Assembly (NCBI GenBank): GCA_028285585.1
Contig: JANQOU010000006.1
Location: forward strand, 593,881 to 657,880
DNA from: Acidimicrobiia bacterium
GTDB taxonomy: Bacteria; Actinomycetota; Acidimicrobiia; Spongiisociales; ZC4RG35
Reading direction: 5' to 3'
DNA: 64,000 nucleotides
The notes beneath the pieces are model-generated. The model searched no databases. It saw only the letters and a list, made by a program, of their open reading frames with translations, and was not told the origin of the DNA. Position numbers and translations under genes: made by a program. Below, in pieces: positions 9,364 to 18,765 of the stretch (within the stretch, counting starts at the first letter, position 1; every line of letters begins with the position of its first letter).

Positions 9364-10579
9364 ACAATGCCTCGGCCTGTTCCCGGCTCAACTCCTGGCC
9401 AGGGTTGATCCCGTGTCGGGTGACCGCGGCGTTGATGCCGGTCTCTGGGTCGGGCAGCTCGACGGGTGCGTCTGAGCCGCCAAGCAGAGGTATGCCGGCT
9501 TCCAGCATCGACCTGAACGGATAGGCACGGCTCATCCGCTGTTCGCCGAGCCTCTTGATCAGCCAACTCTCCTCCGAAGCCAGGAATGCCGGCTGCACGG
9601 AGCCGACCACTCCCATGTTCGCCATTCGCTCGATTGTGGGGTTGGTGAGGATGGAGGCATGCTCGATGCGGAGCCTCGCCGGCTCGGCCCCCTGGCGGAG
9701 CAACTGGTCGTGCACATCCAAGACCGAGTCGTTGGCCCGGTCGCCGATTGCGTGAATGGCGACCACACCGTCCAGGTCGAGAGAGGCCTGGCCCATCTCG
9801 ACGGCGTGGGCAAAGTCGAGACGGTCGGTCCCTATGGTGGTCGGCTTGTCGGCGAAAGGCTCGTACATCGCCGCGGTGTGCCCGCCCAGGGACCCGTCGG
9901 AGAACTCCTTCCAACCGTGGAACCTGATGCGCCCCTCGGCGCGATCGATCTTCTCCTTGGCCTCAGCCAGCTTGTCAGGGTGGTCGGTGATCACCAAGAC
10001 ATCCATGTCGACGGGGAGGTCTGGGGCGAGCCTGGCCAGGGTCTCCACCTCATCGTCCACACCGCACCAAACGGCGGTGCCGGTGGAGACGATGCCTGTC
10101 ACCGAGCCGATACCCATCTCAGGCAGTCGGGCCAGGGCGGAGAGAAGGTCGTCATCGGAGGGTGGGGCGACGTGGGGCGCAAGAGCGGCCGACACGGTGG
10201 TGATGGCTGTCTCGCGAAGGATGCCGTTGGGACGGCCGTCGGGCAGCCTGTCGAAAGAGCCACCTTCGGGGTCGGACACGAAGGCGTCGAGATCGGCCAT
10301 CTCCATGGCCTTGGTGTTGGCCACGGCTATATGGCCGCAGTACCGGTAGAGGAGGACTGGCCTGTCGGCGATGACATCGTCAATGTCGGCAGCGGTGGGC
10401 AAGCGAAGCTCCCGCACCACCTCGTCGTTGAGTCGCTGGCCGATGACTGGGCCGTCCACCTTCTCGGCCCTCTCCGCCACCATGGCAAAGACGGTGGCCA
10501 GGTCAGGGGCATCCATCAGCTCGAGCCCGTTGACCAGGTTGGCGTACCCGAAAGGGTGGAAATGGTGGTCGTGATACAT
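9344..10579 (-). CDS. amidohydrolase-family metal-dependent hydrolase
   Basis: Start moved to MYHDHHFHPFGY (HxH metal-binding motif at the N-terminus); the upstream part of the long ORF is Arg-rich and lacks coding signal; 4-nt ATGA overlap with preceding gene. Confidence 0.65.
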   Translation of the reverse strand: MYHDHHFHPFGYANLVNGLELMDAPDLATVFAMVAERAEKVDGPVIGQRLNDEVVRELRLPTAADIDDVIADRPVLLYRYCGHIAVANTKAMEMADLDAFVSDPEGGSFDRLPDGRPNGILRETAITTVSAALAPHVAPPSDDDLLSALARLPEMGIGSVTGIVSTGTAVWCGVDDEVETLARLAPDLPVDMDVLVITDHPDKLAEAKEKIDRAEGRIRFHGWKEFSDGSLGGHTAAMYEPFADKPTTIGTDRLDFAHAVEMGQASLDLDGVVAIHAIGDRANDSVLDVHDQLLRQGAEPARLRIEHASILTNPTIERMANMGVVGSVQPAFLASEESWLIKRLGEQRMSRAYPFRSMLEAGIPLLGGSDAPVELPDPETGINAAVTRHGINPGQELSREQAEALFSPPSR

Positions 10580-11385
10580 CAGCGGAGATGCTCCGGCATG
10601 GTGTCCACGATTATGGACCGAAGCTCGTCGTGTGAGTGGCCGTTGCTGGCGACGAATGCCCTGCCGACAAGGGTGTTCACGCCGCCGGCCTCGTCGGTGA
10701 ACTTTCCGCCGGCCTCGGTGACGAGCAGCATGCCGGCAGCGATGTCCCACGGTTTGATTCCGTGATCGCCGCCGTGCTCCCAATAGGCATCGAAGCGGCC
10801 ACGGGCTACCCACGCCAGGTCAAGGGCCGCCGCCCCCAGCCGTCTCGTCCCCTGGGTCTTGGTCATCACTGCCTCGACGACACGCAAGTAGGCGGCGGCG
10901 TGCTCCACGCGGTCGTAGGGAAAGCCGGTAACAACCAGGGAGTCTTGGAGACGGGTGGTATCAGACACCTGGATCGGTTCGCCGTTGACGGTGGCGCCGC
11001 CGCCCTGGATCGCCACGTACTCGTCGTTCTGGGCGACATCGATGATCACTCCGACGAGAGGTTTCCCGTCATCCCACAGTGCGACCGAGACTGCCACTTG
11101 GGGAATGCGGTGGACGAAGTTGACCGTCCCGTCAAGCGGGTCCACCACCCAAACTCGGCCTTCTTTCCAGTCGTCTCCGCCTCTCTCCTCGCCCAGGATG
11201 CCGTCGTCTGGGAAGTGGTCTGCGATCACTGCTCGGATGGCGTCTTCGGCGTCACGGTCGATCTGGGTGACCGGGTCGACGGCGCTCTTCATCTCGGTGT
11301 CGAGTGGCTGGAAGAACCCGGTCTGCACGATGTCGGCGGCGGCGCGGGCGGCTCTCACTGCCACCCATACGTCACCTTCCCACAT
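10579..11385 (-). CDS. inositol monophosphatase family protein (SuhB/ImpA/HisN-like)
   Basis: 268 aa; motifs DPLDGT and WDIAAG characteristic of the IMPase/FIG superfamily. Confidence 0.75.
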   Translation of the reverse strand: MWEGDVWVAVRAARAAADIVQTGFFQPLDTEMKSAVDPVTQIDRDAEDAIRAVIADHFPDDGILGEERGGDDWKEGRVWVVDPLDGTVNFVHRIPQVAVSVALWDDGKPLVGVIIDVAQNDEYVAIQGGGATVNGEPIQVSDTTRLQDSLVVTGFPYDRVEHAAAYLRVVEAVMTKTQGTRRLGAAALDLAWVARGRFDAYWEHGGDHGIKPWDIAAGMLLVTEAGGKFTDEAGGVNTLVGRAFVASNGHSHDELRSIIVDTMPEHLR

Positions 11386-11415
11386 CCCCCGACTCTAAGC
11401 CTCCCACCGACACCC

Positions 11416-11464
11416 GTTGCTATAGCAACGCGTGTCGCTCAGCGCGACGCCTTGCTATAGCAAC
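11416..11464. repeat. double-palindrome element copy A: GTTGCTATAGCAAC - GCGTGTCGCTCAGCGCGACGCC - TTGCTATAGCAAC, in the divergent intergenic region between the IMPase gene and lnt
   Basis: Two perfect 12-14 bp palindromes 36 bp apart flanking a stem-forming core; near-identical copy at 59702-59749. Confidence 0.6.
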
Positions 11465-11503
11465 GAGAGCCGGTCGGTTTCTACGCTGGCCGTTGTGAAA
11501 GCA

Positions 11504-12952
11504 ATGGCCTTGGCCGCCGGCGGTGCGGTTGTATCGGTTCTCGCCTTTCCCCCGTACGGGCCGGGCTGGCTGGTGCTGATCGGGGTGGCACTGCTGATGA
11601 CGGCACTTCGAGGCGCCGGCACGAGGACGCTCGGCCTCGCCGTGGGTGCGATCTACGGGCTGGTGTTCTTCGGCTGGCTGATGTGGTGGCTGGTCGAGCT
11701 CGAGGTGATTGCCCTTGCCTTGGTGCCGCTCCAGGCCGCCTTTCTCGCCGCCTACGGCTGGTGGCTGACCGGGCACAACCATCGCTCCCCGGGAGCCTGG
11801 CTCACCTTGGCGGTTGGCGGCTGGGGCTTCATGGAGCTGATCCGCTACTACGTGCCGTTCGGCGGGTTGGAGTGGGGAGCCGTTGGCTACGCCCTGAGCG
11901 ACCACATCTGGACCCGCTTCCCGGCGGCCGTGGTCGGCACCAGCGGGCTGACGCTGACCGTCGTCCTGATCGGCGCCCTCGTCGCACAGCTCGTGTCGAG
12001 AAAAACCGGACGGGCCACCCTGATTGGTGGAATGGCAGTGGTTGTGGTGCTTGCCGGCTCGCTCGGCTGGTGGGCTTCGGCAGCGGCATTCGCGTTCGTC
12101 CAGCCGGCAACCATCGTCCAAGGCTCGACACCATGTCCTTTCGAGGATTGCCCACCGGACGAGCGTCTCAGCACGTTCCAACAGCATCTAGCCCTCACCC
12201 AGAGCCTCGACTCCGATGCGGGTTTGGTTGTCTGGGCCGAGGGCTCAACCGGCTCTATCAACGCCGATCCGGTCAACAACCCCGAGATCGGCAAAGCCAT
12301 CTCCGAGCAAGCACAGAGACTCGGTTCCCGCTTCGTCGTAGGTGGCGACAGGGTGGTCAGCGACACGGAGTGGATCAATGCCAACGTCTACTTCGATGTC
12401 GACGGGAACATCGTTGGCGAGTATCGCAAACAGCACCCGGTCCCCTTCGGGGAGTACATCCCGCTCCGGCCGCTCTTCGATTGGATCCCGGCGCTCGATC
12501 AGGTCCCGAGAGACATGATCCGCGGCGACGGCCCGGTGCTCTTCGGTGAGATCGGCTCGATCATCTCCTTTGAGGGTGGCTTCTCCCGCTACGCCCTCGG
12601 GGTCCGGCGAGAAGGCGCAAACGTAATCATCGTCAACACCAACGAGGCCTCTTATGGGCCTGATGCGCCCACGGCCGAGCAATTCATCGGCATGACCCGG
12701 ATGCGCGCCGTCGAACTGGGTGTCCCCGTCATCCACGCTGCGGTCACCGGGAAGTCCGTGTTCGTCGAGAGCGACGGCACTCTCGGCGAGTCCACAGGGC
12801 TGGGCACGGCCGAGATCCTCAAGGGTGAATACGGCGCCGAGCTCGCCACTCCCTACACGGTCATCGGTGACATTGGCATGTACTTGGCGGCCCTCGCAGC
12901 CGTTGTCATGTGGCTGGTACCGTCGCACCACCGGTCGACCGAAGAGGAGTAA
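11504..12952 (+). CDS. lnt: apolipoprotein N-acyltransferase
   Basis: N-terminal multi-TM domain followed by a C-terminal carbon-nitrogen hydrolase domain (VVWAEGS ... catalytic E/K/C arrangement); start placed at MALAAGGAVV after the repeat element. Confidence 0.8.
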   Translation: MALAAGGAVVSVLAFPPYGPGWLVLIGVALLMTALRGAGTRTLGLAVGAIYGLVFFGWLMWWLVELEVIALALVPLQAAFLAAYGWWLTGHNHRSPGAWLTLAVGGWGFMELIRYYVPFGGLEWGAVGYALSDHIWTRFPAAVVGTSGLTLTVVLIGALVAQLVSRKTGRATLIGGMAVVVVLAGSLGWWASAAAFAFVQPATIVQGSTPCPFEDCPPDERLSTFQQHLALTQSLDSDAGLVVWAEGSTGSINADPVNNPEIGKAISEQAQRLGSRFVVGGDRVVSDTEWINANVYFDVDGNIVGEYRKQHPVPFGEYIPLRPLFDWIPALDQVPRDMIRGDGPVLFGEIGSIISFEGGFSRYALGVRREGANVIIVNTNEASYGPDAPTAEQFIGMTRMRAVELGVPVIHAAVTGKSVFVESDGTLGESTGLGTAEILKGEYGAELATPYTVIGDIGMYLAALAAVVMWLVPSHHRSTEEE

Positions 12953-12955
12953 CCC

Positions 12956-14905
12956 ATGTCGCAGGCTCTCGAGAACCTGCTCAGCGAAGACCGAAGCTTC
13001 CCGCCCAGCGAGGAGTTCACGGCCCAGGCCAACGCCCAGCCGGGTATCCACGATGTCGCCGCTCTCGACTACCAGGCCTTCTGGCAGAAGCAGGCCTTGG
13101 AGCGGATCACGTGGTTCTCGGAGCCCACCGAGGTCCTCGACGACTCCAACCCTCCCTTCTACAAGTGGTTCAAAGACGGCGAGCTGAACATCTCCTACAA
13201 CTGTCTGGACCGTCACCTGGCGGACCACGGCGACCAGGTGGCCTACCACTGGATAGGTGAGCCCGGTGACACCCGCACGCTCACCTACGCAGACCTCGCC
13301 AAAGAGGTGAATCGCTTCGCCAACGGGCTCAAGAGCCTCGGTTTGGAGAAGGGCGACCGTGTCGCCATCTACATGGGGATGGTCCCCGAGCTTCCCATAG
13401 CGATGCTGGCATGCGCGCGGCTCGGCCTGGTCCACTCGGTGGTGTTCGGCGGCTTCTCGTCCGATGCTCTGTCCAGCCGGATACTCGACGCAGAGGCACG
13501 GATAGTCATCACCCAGGACGGTGCCTGGCGCGGCGGGAATGTGGTCCCGCTCAAGGAGAACACCGATGTGGCCCTCCAGTCGACGCCGGGCATCGAGCAC
13601 GCCATTGTCGTGAGGCGAACCGACCACGGTGCCGACATGGCCGAGGGCCGGGACATCTGGTGGGACGACCTGGTCGAAGGGCAGAGCGACGAGTGCAAGG
13701 CCGAAGTCCTCAACGCCGAGGACCCTCTGTACATCCTCTACACCTCCGGCACCACTGGGAAGCCGAAGGGGATCGTCCACACCCAAGGCGGCTACCTCAC
13801 CGGCACCACGACCACCCACTCGTATGTCTTCGACATCAAGCCGGACAGCGATGTCTACTGGTGCGCCGCCGACATCGGATGGGTGACCGGCCACAGCTAC
13901 ATCGTCTACGGGCCTCTGGCCAACCGCACCACTGGTGTCATGTACGAAGGGGCGCCCAACTACCCGGAGCTGGACCGGCTGTGGCAGATCCTCGACGAGT
14001 ACGGAGTGACCGTCTTCTACACAGCCCCCACTGCGATTCGGGCGTTCATGAAGTGGGGCGACGAGCACGTCGACAAGCACGATCTCTCTACCCTGCGGGT
14101 CATCGGGACCGTTGGCGAGCCGATCAACCCCGAAGCCTGGATGTGGTACCACGAGCACATCGGGCATGGGACGTGCCCAATAGTCGACACCTGGTGGCAG
14201 ACGGAGACCGGCGGGATCATGATCTCCCCCCTCCCCGGTGTGGTTGCCACCAAGCCCGGCTCGGCCACCGTTCCCTTCCCGGGCATCTCCGCCGACGTCG
14301 TGGACGAGGACGGGAACTCGGTGCCGCTGGGCGGGGGCGGGTTCCTCACCATCACCCAGCCCTGGCCCTCGATGGCGCGCACCATCTATGGAGACGATCA
14401 GCGGTATGTCGACACCTACTGGTCGCGATTCCCTGGCCGCTATTTCCCAGGAGATGGCTGCAAACGCGACGAGGACGGGTACTTCTGGCTGCTCGGCCGG
14501 GTCGACGACATCATGCTGGTCTCCGGTCACAACATCGCGACAACAGAGGTCGAATCGGCGCTGGTCAGCCACCCGGCAGTTGCCGAAGCGGCTGTCGTCG
14601 GCCGCAAGGACGAGTTGACCGGTCAGGCGATTGCAGCGTTCGTGACGTTGCGGAGCACGGCCAGCGGCGATGACAGCCTCCTCGAGGAGCTTCGCGACCA
14701 CGTGGCGTCGACCCTGGGCCCGATCGCCAAGCCCAGGTCGATCGTGTTCACCGACGACCTGCCCAAGACCAGGTCGGGCAAGATCATGAGACGCCTCCTC
14801 CAGGACATCTCAGAAGATCGGAAGCTGGGTGACGTGACGACACTGGCCAATGCCGATATCGTGGCTGAGATCGCCAACAAGGCAGCCAGTTCGACAGAAG
14901 ACTGA
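12956..14905 (+). CDS. acs: acetyl-coenzyme A synthetase (AMP-forming)
   Basis: 649 aa; AMP-binding motif [11 protein letters not shown]; WWQTETG; C-terminal SGKIMRR lysine. Confidence 0.9.
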   Translation: MSQALENLLSEDRSFPPSEEFTAQANAQPGIHDVAALDYQAFWQKQALERITWFSEPTEVLDDSNPPFYKWFKDGELNISYNCLDRHLADHGDQVAYHWIGEPGDTRTLTYADLAKEVNRFANGLKSLGLEKGDRVAIYMGMVPELPIAMLACARLGLVHSVVFGGFSSDALSSRILDAEARIVITQDGAWRGGNVVPLKENTDVALQSTPGIEHAIVVRRTDHGADMAEGRDIWWDDLVEGQSDECKAEVLNAEDPLYILYTSGTTGKPKGIVHTQGGYLTGTTTTHSYVFDIKPDSDVYWCAADIGWVTGHSYIVYGPLANRTTGVMYEGAPNYPELDRLWQILDEYGVTVFYTAPTAIRAFMKWGDEHVDKHDLSTLRVIGTVGEPINPEAWMWYHEHIGHGTCPIVDTWWQTETGGIMISPLPGVVATKPGSATVPFPGISADVVDEDGNSVPLGGGGFLTITQPWPSMARTIYGDDQRYVDTYWSRFPGRYFPGDGCKRDEDGYFWLLGRVDDIMLVSGHNIATTEVESALVSHPAVAEAAVVGRKDELTGQAIAAFVTLRSTASGDDSLLEELRDHVASTLGPIAKPRSIVFTDDLPKTRSGKIMRRLLQDISEDRKLGDVTTLANADIVAEIANKAASSTED

Positions 14906-14964
14906 CCTCGGCGAGGCTTCGAAGCCCAAACGTCCCCTCACGGCCGGAAGCGACCGCGTAGGTT

Positions 14965-16332
14965 GTGCTCATGGCTACCAAGATCATCCTGCCCGAGGCC
15001 GAGCTTCCGACGCACTGGTACAACATCGTCCCGGACCTCCCGTCGCCACCGCCGCCCGTCCTTCATCCGGGGACACACGAGCCGGTCGGTCCCGACGATC
15101 TCGCCCCGCTCTTCCCGATGGACCTGATCCTCCAGGAGGTTTCCACCGACAGCTACATCGAGATCCCAGAGGAGATCAGGGAGGTCTACCGGACTTGGCG
15201 GCCGTCGCCGCTCTATCGCGCCCACGGGCTCGAGAAGCTGATCGGCGGCCCTGCCCGGATCTACTACAAGTACGAAGGGGTCAGCCCGGTCGGATCCCAC
15301 AAGCCGAACACCGCCGTTGCCCAGGCCTACTACAACGCCAAGGCGGGGGTGAAGAAGCTGTCGACCGAGACGGGAGCGGGTCAGTGGGGCTCCGCCCTCG
15401 CTTTCGCCTGCTCGCTGTTCGGTATCGAGTGCGAGGTGTATCAGGTCAGGGCCTCGTATGACCAGAAGCCGTACCGAAAGGCTCTCATCGAGACCTTCGG
15501 CGCCACCATCCACCCGTCGCCCTCACCCAACACCAACTACGGCAGGGCAGTGTTGGAGTCGGATCCCGACACCCCTGGCAGCTTGGGCATCGCCATCTCC
15601 GAGGCGGTCGAGGTGGCCGCTACCAACGAAGATGTGAAGTACTCGCTGGGCTCGGTGCTGAGCCATGTGCTGATGCACCAGACCGTCATAGGTGAAGAGG
15701 CCCTGAAGCAGCTCGCCATGGTCGACGAGAAGCCGGACGTGGTCATCGGCTGTGCCGGTGGTGGGTCGAACTTCGCTGGTCTGGCCTTCCCGTTCGTCCG
15801 CGAGAAGCTGGCCGGGACCATGGACCCGGTGATCCGTGCCGTCGAGCCGGCTGCGGCTCCCTCGCTCACCCGCGGCAGCTATCAGTTCGACTTCGGAGAC
15901 ACTGGGCAGATGACCCCGCTGGTCAAGATGCACACGCTGGGTCACCCGTTCGTGCCAGAGCCGATCCATGCCGGTGGCCTGCGCTATCACGGGATGGCAC
16001 CGCTGGTCTCACATCTTCAGGAGCTAGGGCTCATCGAGTCCAACTCGCTGCATCAGACCGAGACTTTCGCCAAGGCAGTCGACTTCGCCCAGGCCGAGGG
16101 CATCATCCCCGGTCCCGAGCCGACCCATGCCGTGGCCGAGGCCATGAACGAGGCCGAGCGGGCCAAGGAGGCGGGGGAGGAGAAGGTGGTCCTCTTCAAC
16201 CTGAGCGGTCACGGGCACTTCGACATGGCGGCCTATCAGGCCTACTTCGACGGGCATCTCGTGGACTACGAGCACCCGCAGCACCAGATCGACGAAGCCA
16301 TGCAAAAGGTCCCCGTCGTCGCCGGCGAGTAA
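14965..16332 (+). CDS. TrpB-like PLP-dependent enzyme (tryptophan synthase beta paralogue TrpB2)
   Basis: 455 aa; N-terminal [13 protein letters not shown] and GSHKPN PLP-lysine motif typical of TrpB2. Confidence 0.8.
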   Translation: MLMATKIILPEAELPTHWYNIVPDLPSPPPPVLHPGTHEPVGPDDLAPLFPMDLILQEVSTDSYIEIPEEIREVYRTWRPSPLYRAHGLEKLIGGPARIYYKYEGVSPVGSHKPNTAVAQAYYNAKAGVKKLSTETGAGQWGSALAFACSLFGIECEVYQVRASYDQKPYRKALIETFGATIHPSPSPNTNYGRAVLESDPDTPGSLGIAISEAVEVAATNEDVKYSLGSVLSHVLMHQTVIGEEALKQLAMVDEKPDVVIGCAGGGSNFAGLAFPFVREKLAGTMDPVIRAVEPAAAPSLTRGSYQFDFGDTGQMTPLVKMHTLGHPFVPEPIHAGGLRYHGMAPLVSHLQELGLIESNSLHQTETFAKAVDFAQAEGIIPGPEPTHAVAEAMNEAERAKEAGEEKVVLFNLSGHGHFDMAAYQAYFDGHLVDYEHPQHQIDEAMQKVPVVAGE

Positions 16333-16348
16333 CCACCCCCCGCCACCA

Positions 16349-16471
16349 GCAACCTCAGGTAATACGGCCCAGATACGGGCCCTATAGCCTCAGCTTGAGA
16401 GACGCTCTCACGCGTCCCTTTCAACTGGAGGTCATAGGGCCCAGATACGGTCGCTATTACCTGAGGTTCGC
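16349..16471. repeat. full-length copy of a nested-palindrome dispersed element (about 123 bp; about 42-bp terminal inverted repeats CAACCTCAGGTAATACGGCCCAGATACGGGCCCTATAGCCTC, central palindrome GAGAGACGCTCTC); sits between two convergent gene ends
   Basis: Left end and reverse complement of right end align over about 42 bp; same TIRs at 46159-46272; half-copies at 1951-2000 and 63727-63772. Confidence 0.6.
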
Positions 16472-16473
16472 GG

Positions 16474-17283
16474 TTACTGGTTGTGGCAGTCGGGCTCGCC
16501 CGGGTGGAGGGGGCGGGCCACCAGCTTGAGGGGCTGGTCGGACGCCGGGTCGGGGTTGACCCACTGAGTCGCCTGTGAGGCGTCTGCGAAGACCTCCAGC
16601 ACCTCGGGCCCGTAGACCTGGCACTTCCAGTCGTTTGGGTAGGTCACCCATGCGTCGAGGTTGGTGTCCTCCAACGCCCAGTCCCGCACGTCTTCGAACT
16701 CGGCGTCGATGAACCCGATGCCGGCGACGACACGCACGCGTTCGCCTTCAAAAGGCTCCGCATCTCCGGATGCAGCGAGCCGGTCCAACTCCACGAGCAA
16801 CTCGGAGAATGCCTGGGTTGCCGGGTTTTCGCTCGGCTCGAGGCCCAGCGCATAGACCGAGTAGCTGTGCTCAACACCTCCGGCATCCCAATAGCGGACG
16901 ACTTCGGTGTTGGCGTCGGCGACGATCGACGCGAATGTGTCATCCACCTCGTCGTCCATCTCGGGCAACCCGATCTTGTCGACCAGCTCGAGCACTTGCT
17001 TCATCTGGTCGTCACTGATCCGTGTGACCAGGTAGTTGGGGAGCAGGGGGCCCGGGTAGATGGCGATGACCGGGCCTTCATGTATCAGGCGGCCGTCAGC
17101 CATGAGCGTGTAGCGAGGTCCCTGGCCGAGGATGAACTCCACCGGTGCGAAGCCCCCTTCGGAGGTGACCCGGAGCACCGGTGTGTCCCTGTCTTCCGGA
17201 AGCTGGGGCCCTCCGGCGTCGGCACCACAGGCTGTGATCAGAAGGGCGAGTGCCAGCGTCGCCCCGATTGCTTTAGTTCTCAT
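16474..17283 (-). CDS. lipoprotein of unknown function
   Basis: Signal peptide with lipobox LLITAC; acidic mature domain; no family recognised. Confidence 0.55.
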   Translation of the reverse strand: MRTKAIGATLALALLITACGADAGGPQLPEDRDTPVLRVTSEGGFAPVEFILGQGPRYTLMADGRLIHEGPVIAIYPGPLLPNYLVTRISDDQMKQVLELVDKIGLPEMDDEVDDTFASIVADANTEVVRYWDAGGVEHSYSVYALGLEPSENPATQAFSELLVELDRLAASGDAEPFEGERVRVVAGIGFIDAEFEDVRDWALEDTNLDAWVTYPNDWKCQVYGPEVLEVFADASQATQWVNPDPASDQPLKLVARPLHPGEPDCHNQ

Positions 17284-17336
17284 GCCACTCAGATGAGCAA
17301 TGGGGCTGAACGGTTCCTGTCTGATGAAATCAGATT

Positions 17337-17403
17337 GAGATCGATGCGATCGATCTCCGTGTCGTCTGACGGGAACGGATTGAGGTCGATGCGATCGACC
17401 TCG
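17337..17403. repeat. pair of 21-bp perfect palindromes GAGATCGATGCGATCGATCTC (17337-17357) and GAGGTCGATGCGATCGACCTC (17383-17403), each preceded by TCAGATTG
   Basis: Each is a 9-bp-arm perfect inverted repeat; the two differ by a compensatory A/T to G/C change that keeps pairing perfect. Confidence 0.5.
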
Positions 17404-17427
17404 TCGACAGATCAGATTGGATTCCTG

Positions 17428-18702
17428 TCAGGACTCCCAGGAAGAGAGGCCCTCATCGACGAGATCGATGGCCCAATCCAGCTCCTCACGGGTTGTGATC
17501 AGCGGCGGGATGAACCGGATCACGTTACCGTCGGGGCCGCACTCGATGATGATCAGCTCGTTCTCACGGGCATGTTGCTGGATGTGCTTGAAAGCTGCTG
17601 CGGCCGGCTCTCGCGTGGCCCGGTCCTCGACCAGCTCGACACCGATCATCAGTCCCAATCCACGCACGTCGCCGATGGTCTGGTGCTCCACCTGGAGACC
17701 TTCGAAGCGGTCGATCGCATGTTTGGCGAGGTCACGCCCATGCGGGATCAGCGGCTCCATTGCATCGACCACGGCCGACGCCGCGGCCGTGGCGATGGGG
17801 TTGCCTCCGTAAGTTGTGCCGTGGGAGCCGGGAGGCCAGGCGTCGATGATCTTGCGGGAGGCCCCATACGCCGAGAGTGGCAGCCCGTTTGCGATCCCCT
17901 TGCCCATGGCGATGATGTCGGGATCGACGTCGAAGTGGTCGGCGGCGAACCACTCGGCGGTACGACCGAAGCCAGTCTGGACCTCGTCGAAGATGAGCAT
18001 GATGCCGTGCTCATCGGCCATCTCACGCAGCGCTCTCAGGAAGGCCGGTGGGGCCGGGTAGTAGCCACCCTCTCCCTGAACCGGCTCCACCAGGAAAGCG
18101 GCGATGTTCTTCGGTGAGACGACATGCTTGAACATGAGCCGCAGCTCGTTGAGGCACAGCTCGGTGGCGGCCTCGGCATCCATGCCCCATCGATAGGGGT
18201 GGGGGAATGGGGCGACGAACACGGAGCCCAGCACCGGGTGGTAGCCGTCGCGGTACTTCGAGTTCGACGTTGTGTAGGAAACCGAGCCCATGGTCCGGCC
18301 GTGGAAGCCGCCACGGAAAGCAATGACCCCTTGCCGGCTCGTCGTGTGCTTGGCCAGTTTGACCGAGGCCTCGACCGCCTCCGCTCCCGAGTTGGCGAAA
18401 GCGAACTTTTCGATCGTCTTGGGGGTGATCGACCGCAGCTTCTCGGCGGCATCCACGATCGACTCGAAGTGGAAGATCATCCCGGAGTGGACAAGCTGGT
18501 CGAGCTGGCCGCGGGCGGCTGCCACCACGTCGGGGTGGTTGTGGCCGAGGTTGGTCACGGCTGTGCCGCAGGCGAAATCGGCCCAACGGTTCCCGTCGGG
18601 GTCGCTGACCCACAACCCTTCCGCCGACACTATGTGCAGGTCGGTGTTGAACCCGATGACCGGGGCCAGTACTTCCTTGTGACGTGCGAGAAGGTCAGAC
18701 AT
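17428..18702 (-). CDS. class III (omega) aminotransferase, GabT-like
   Basis: 424 aa; PLP-lysine region DEVQTGFGRTAEWFA and overall AT-III architecture. Confidence 0.8.
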   Translation of the reverse strand: MSDLLARHKEVLAPVIGFNTDLHIVSAEGLWVSDPDGNRWADFACGTAVTNLGHNHPDVVAAARGQLDQLVHSGMIFHFESIVDAAEKLRSITPKTIEKFAFANSGAEAVEASVKLAKHTTSRQGVIAFRGGFHGRTMGSVSYTTSNSKYRDGYHPVLGSVFVAPFPHPYRWGMDAEAATELCLNELRLMFKHVVSPKNIAAFLVEPVQGEGGYYPAPPAFLRALREMADEHGIMLIFDEVQTGFGRTAEWFAADHFDVDPDIIAMGKGIANGLPLSAYGASRKIIDAWPPGSHGTTYGGNPIATAAASAVVDAMEPLIPHGRDLAKHAIDRFEGLQVEHQTIGDVRGLGLMIGVELVEDRATREPAAAAFKHIQQHARENELIIIECGPDGNVIRFIPPLITTREELDWAIDLVDEGLSSWES

Positions 18703-18765
18703 GAGACGGCGGAGACTAACTAATGCAGAGGATTCGTCTCAAGAGAAGACCCAGTGATCTGGAGC

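Noticed and set aside
10582-10813. N-terminal 78 residues of the 489-aa ORF 9344-10813
   Set aside because: The segment is extremely Arg-rich and overlaps the upstream IMPase gene on the same strand in another frame. The amidohydrolase HxH motif starts exactly at the internal Met that forms an ATGA overlap with the IMPase stop.
11432-11503. N-terminal extension MSLSATPCYSNESRSV of the lnt ORF, and the similar peptide MSLSATGCYSKEGRSV opening an ORF at 59717
   Set aside because: The similarity comes from the repeated double-palindrome DNA element read in the same frame, not from a conserved peptide. The 59717 ORF is antisense to the E1 gene. The lnt start was moved to 11504.
12245-14701. 818-aa ORF on the minus strand
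   Set aside because: It runs antisense to acs and the 3' end of lnt. It has an Arg/Gly/Asp/Val-rich low-complexity composition typical of spurious antisense ORFs in high-GC DNA. The sense-strand genes have unambiguous motifs.
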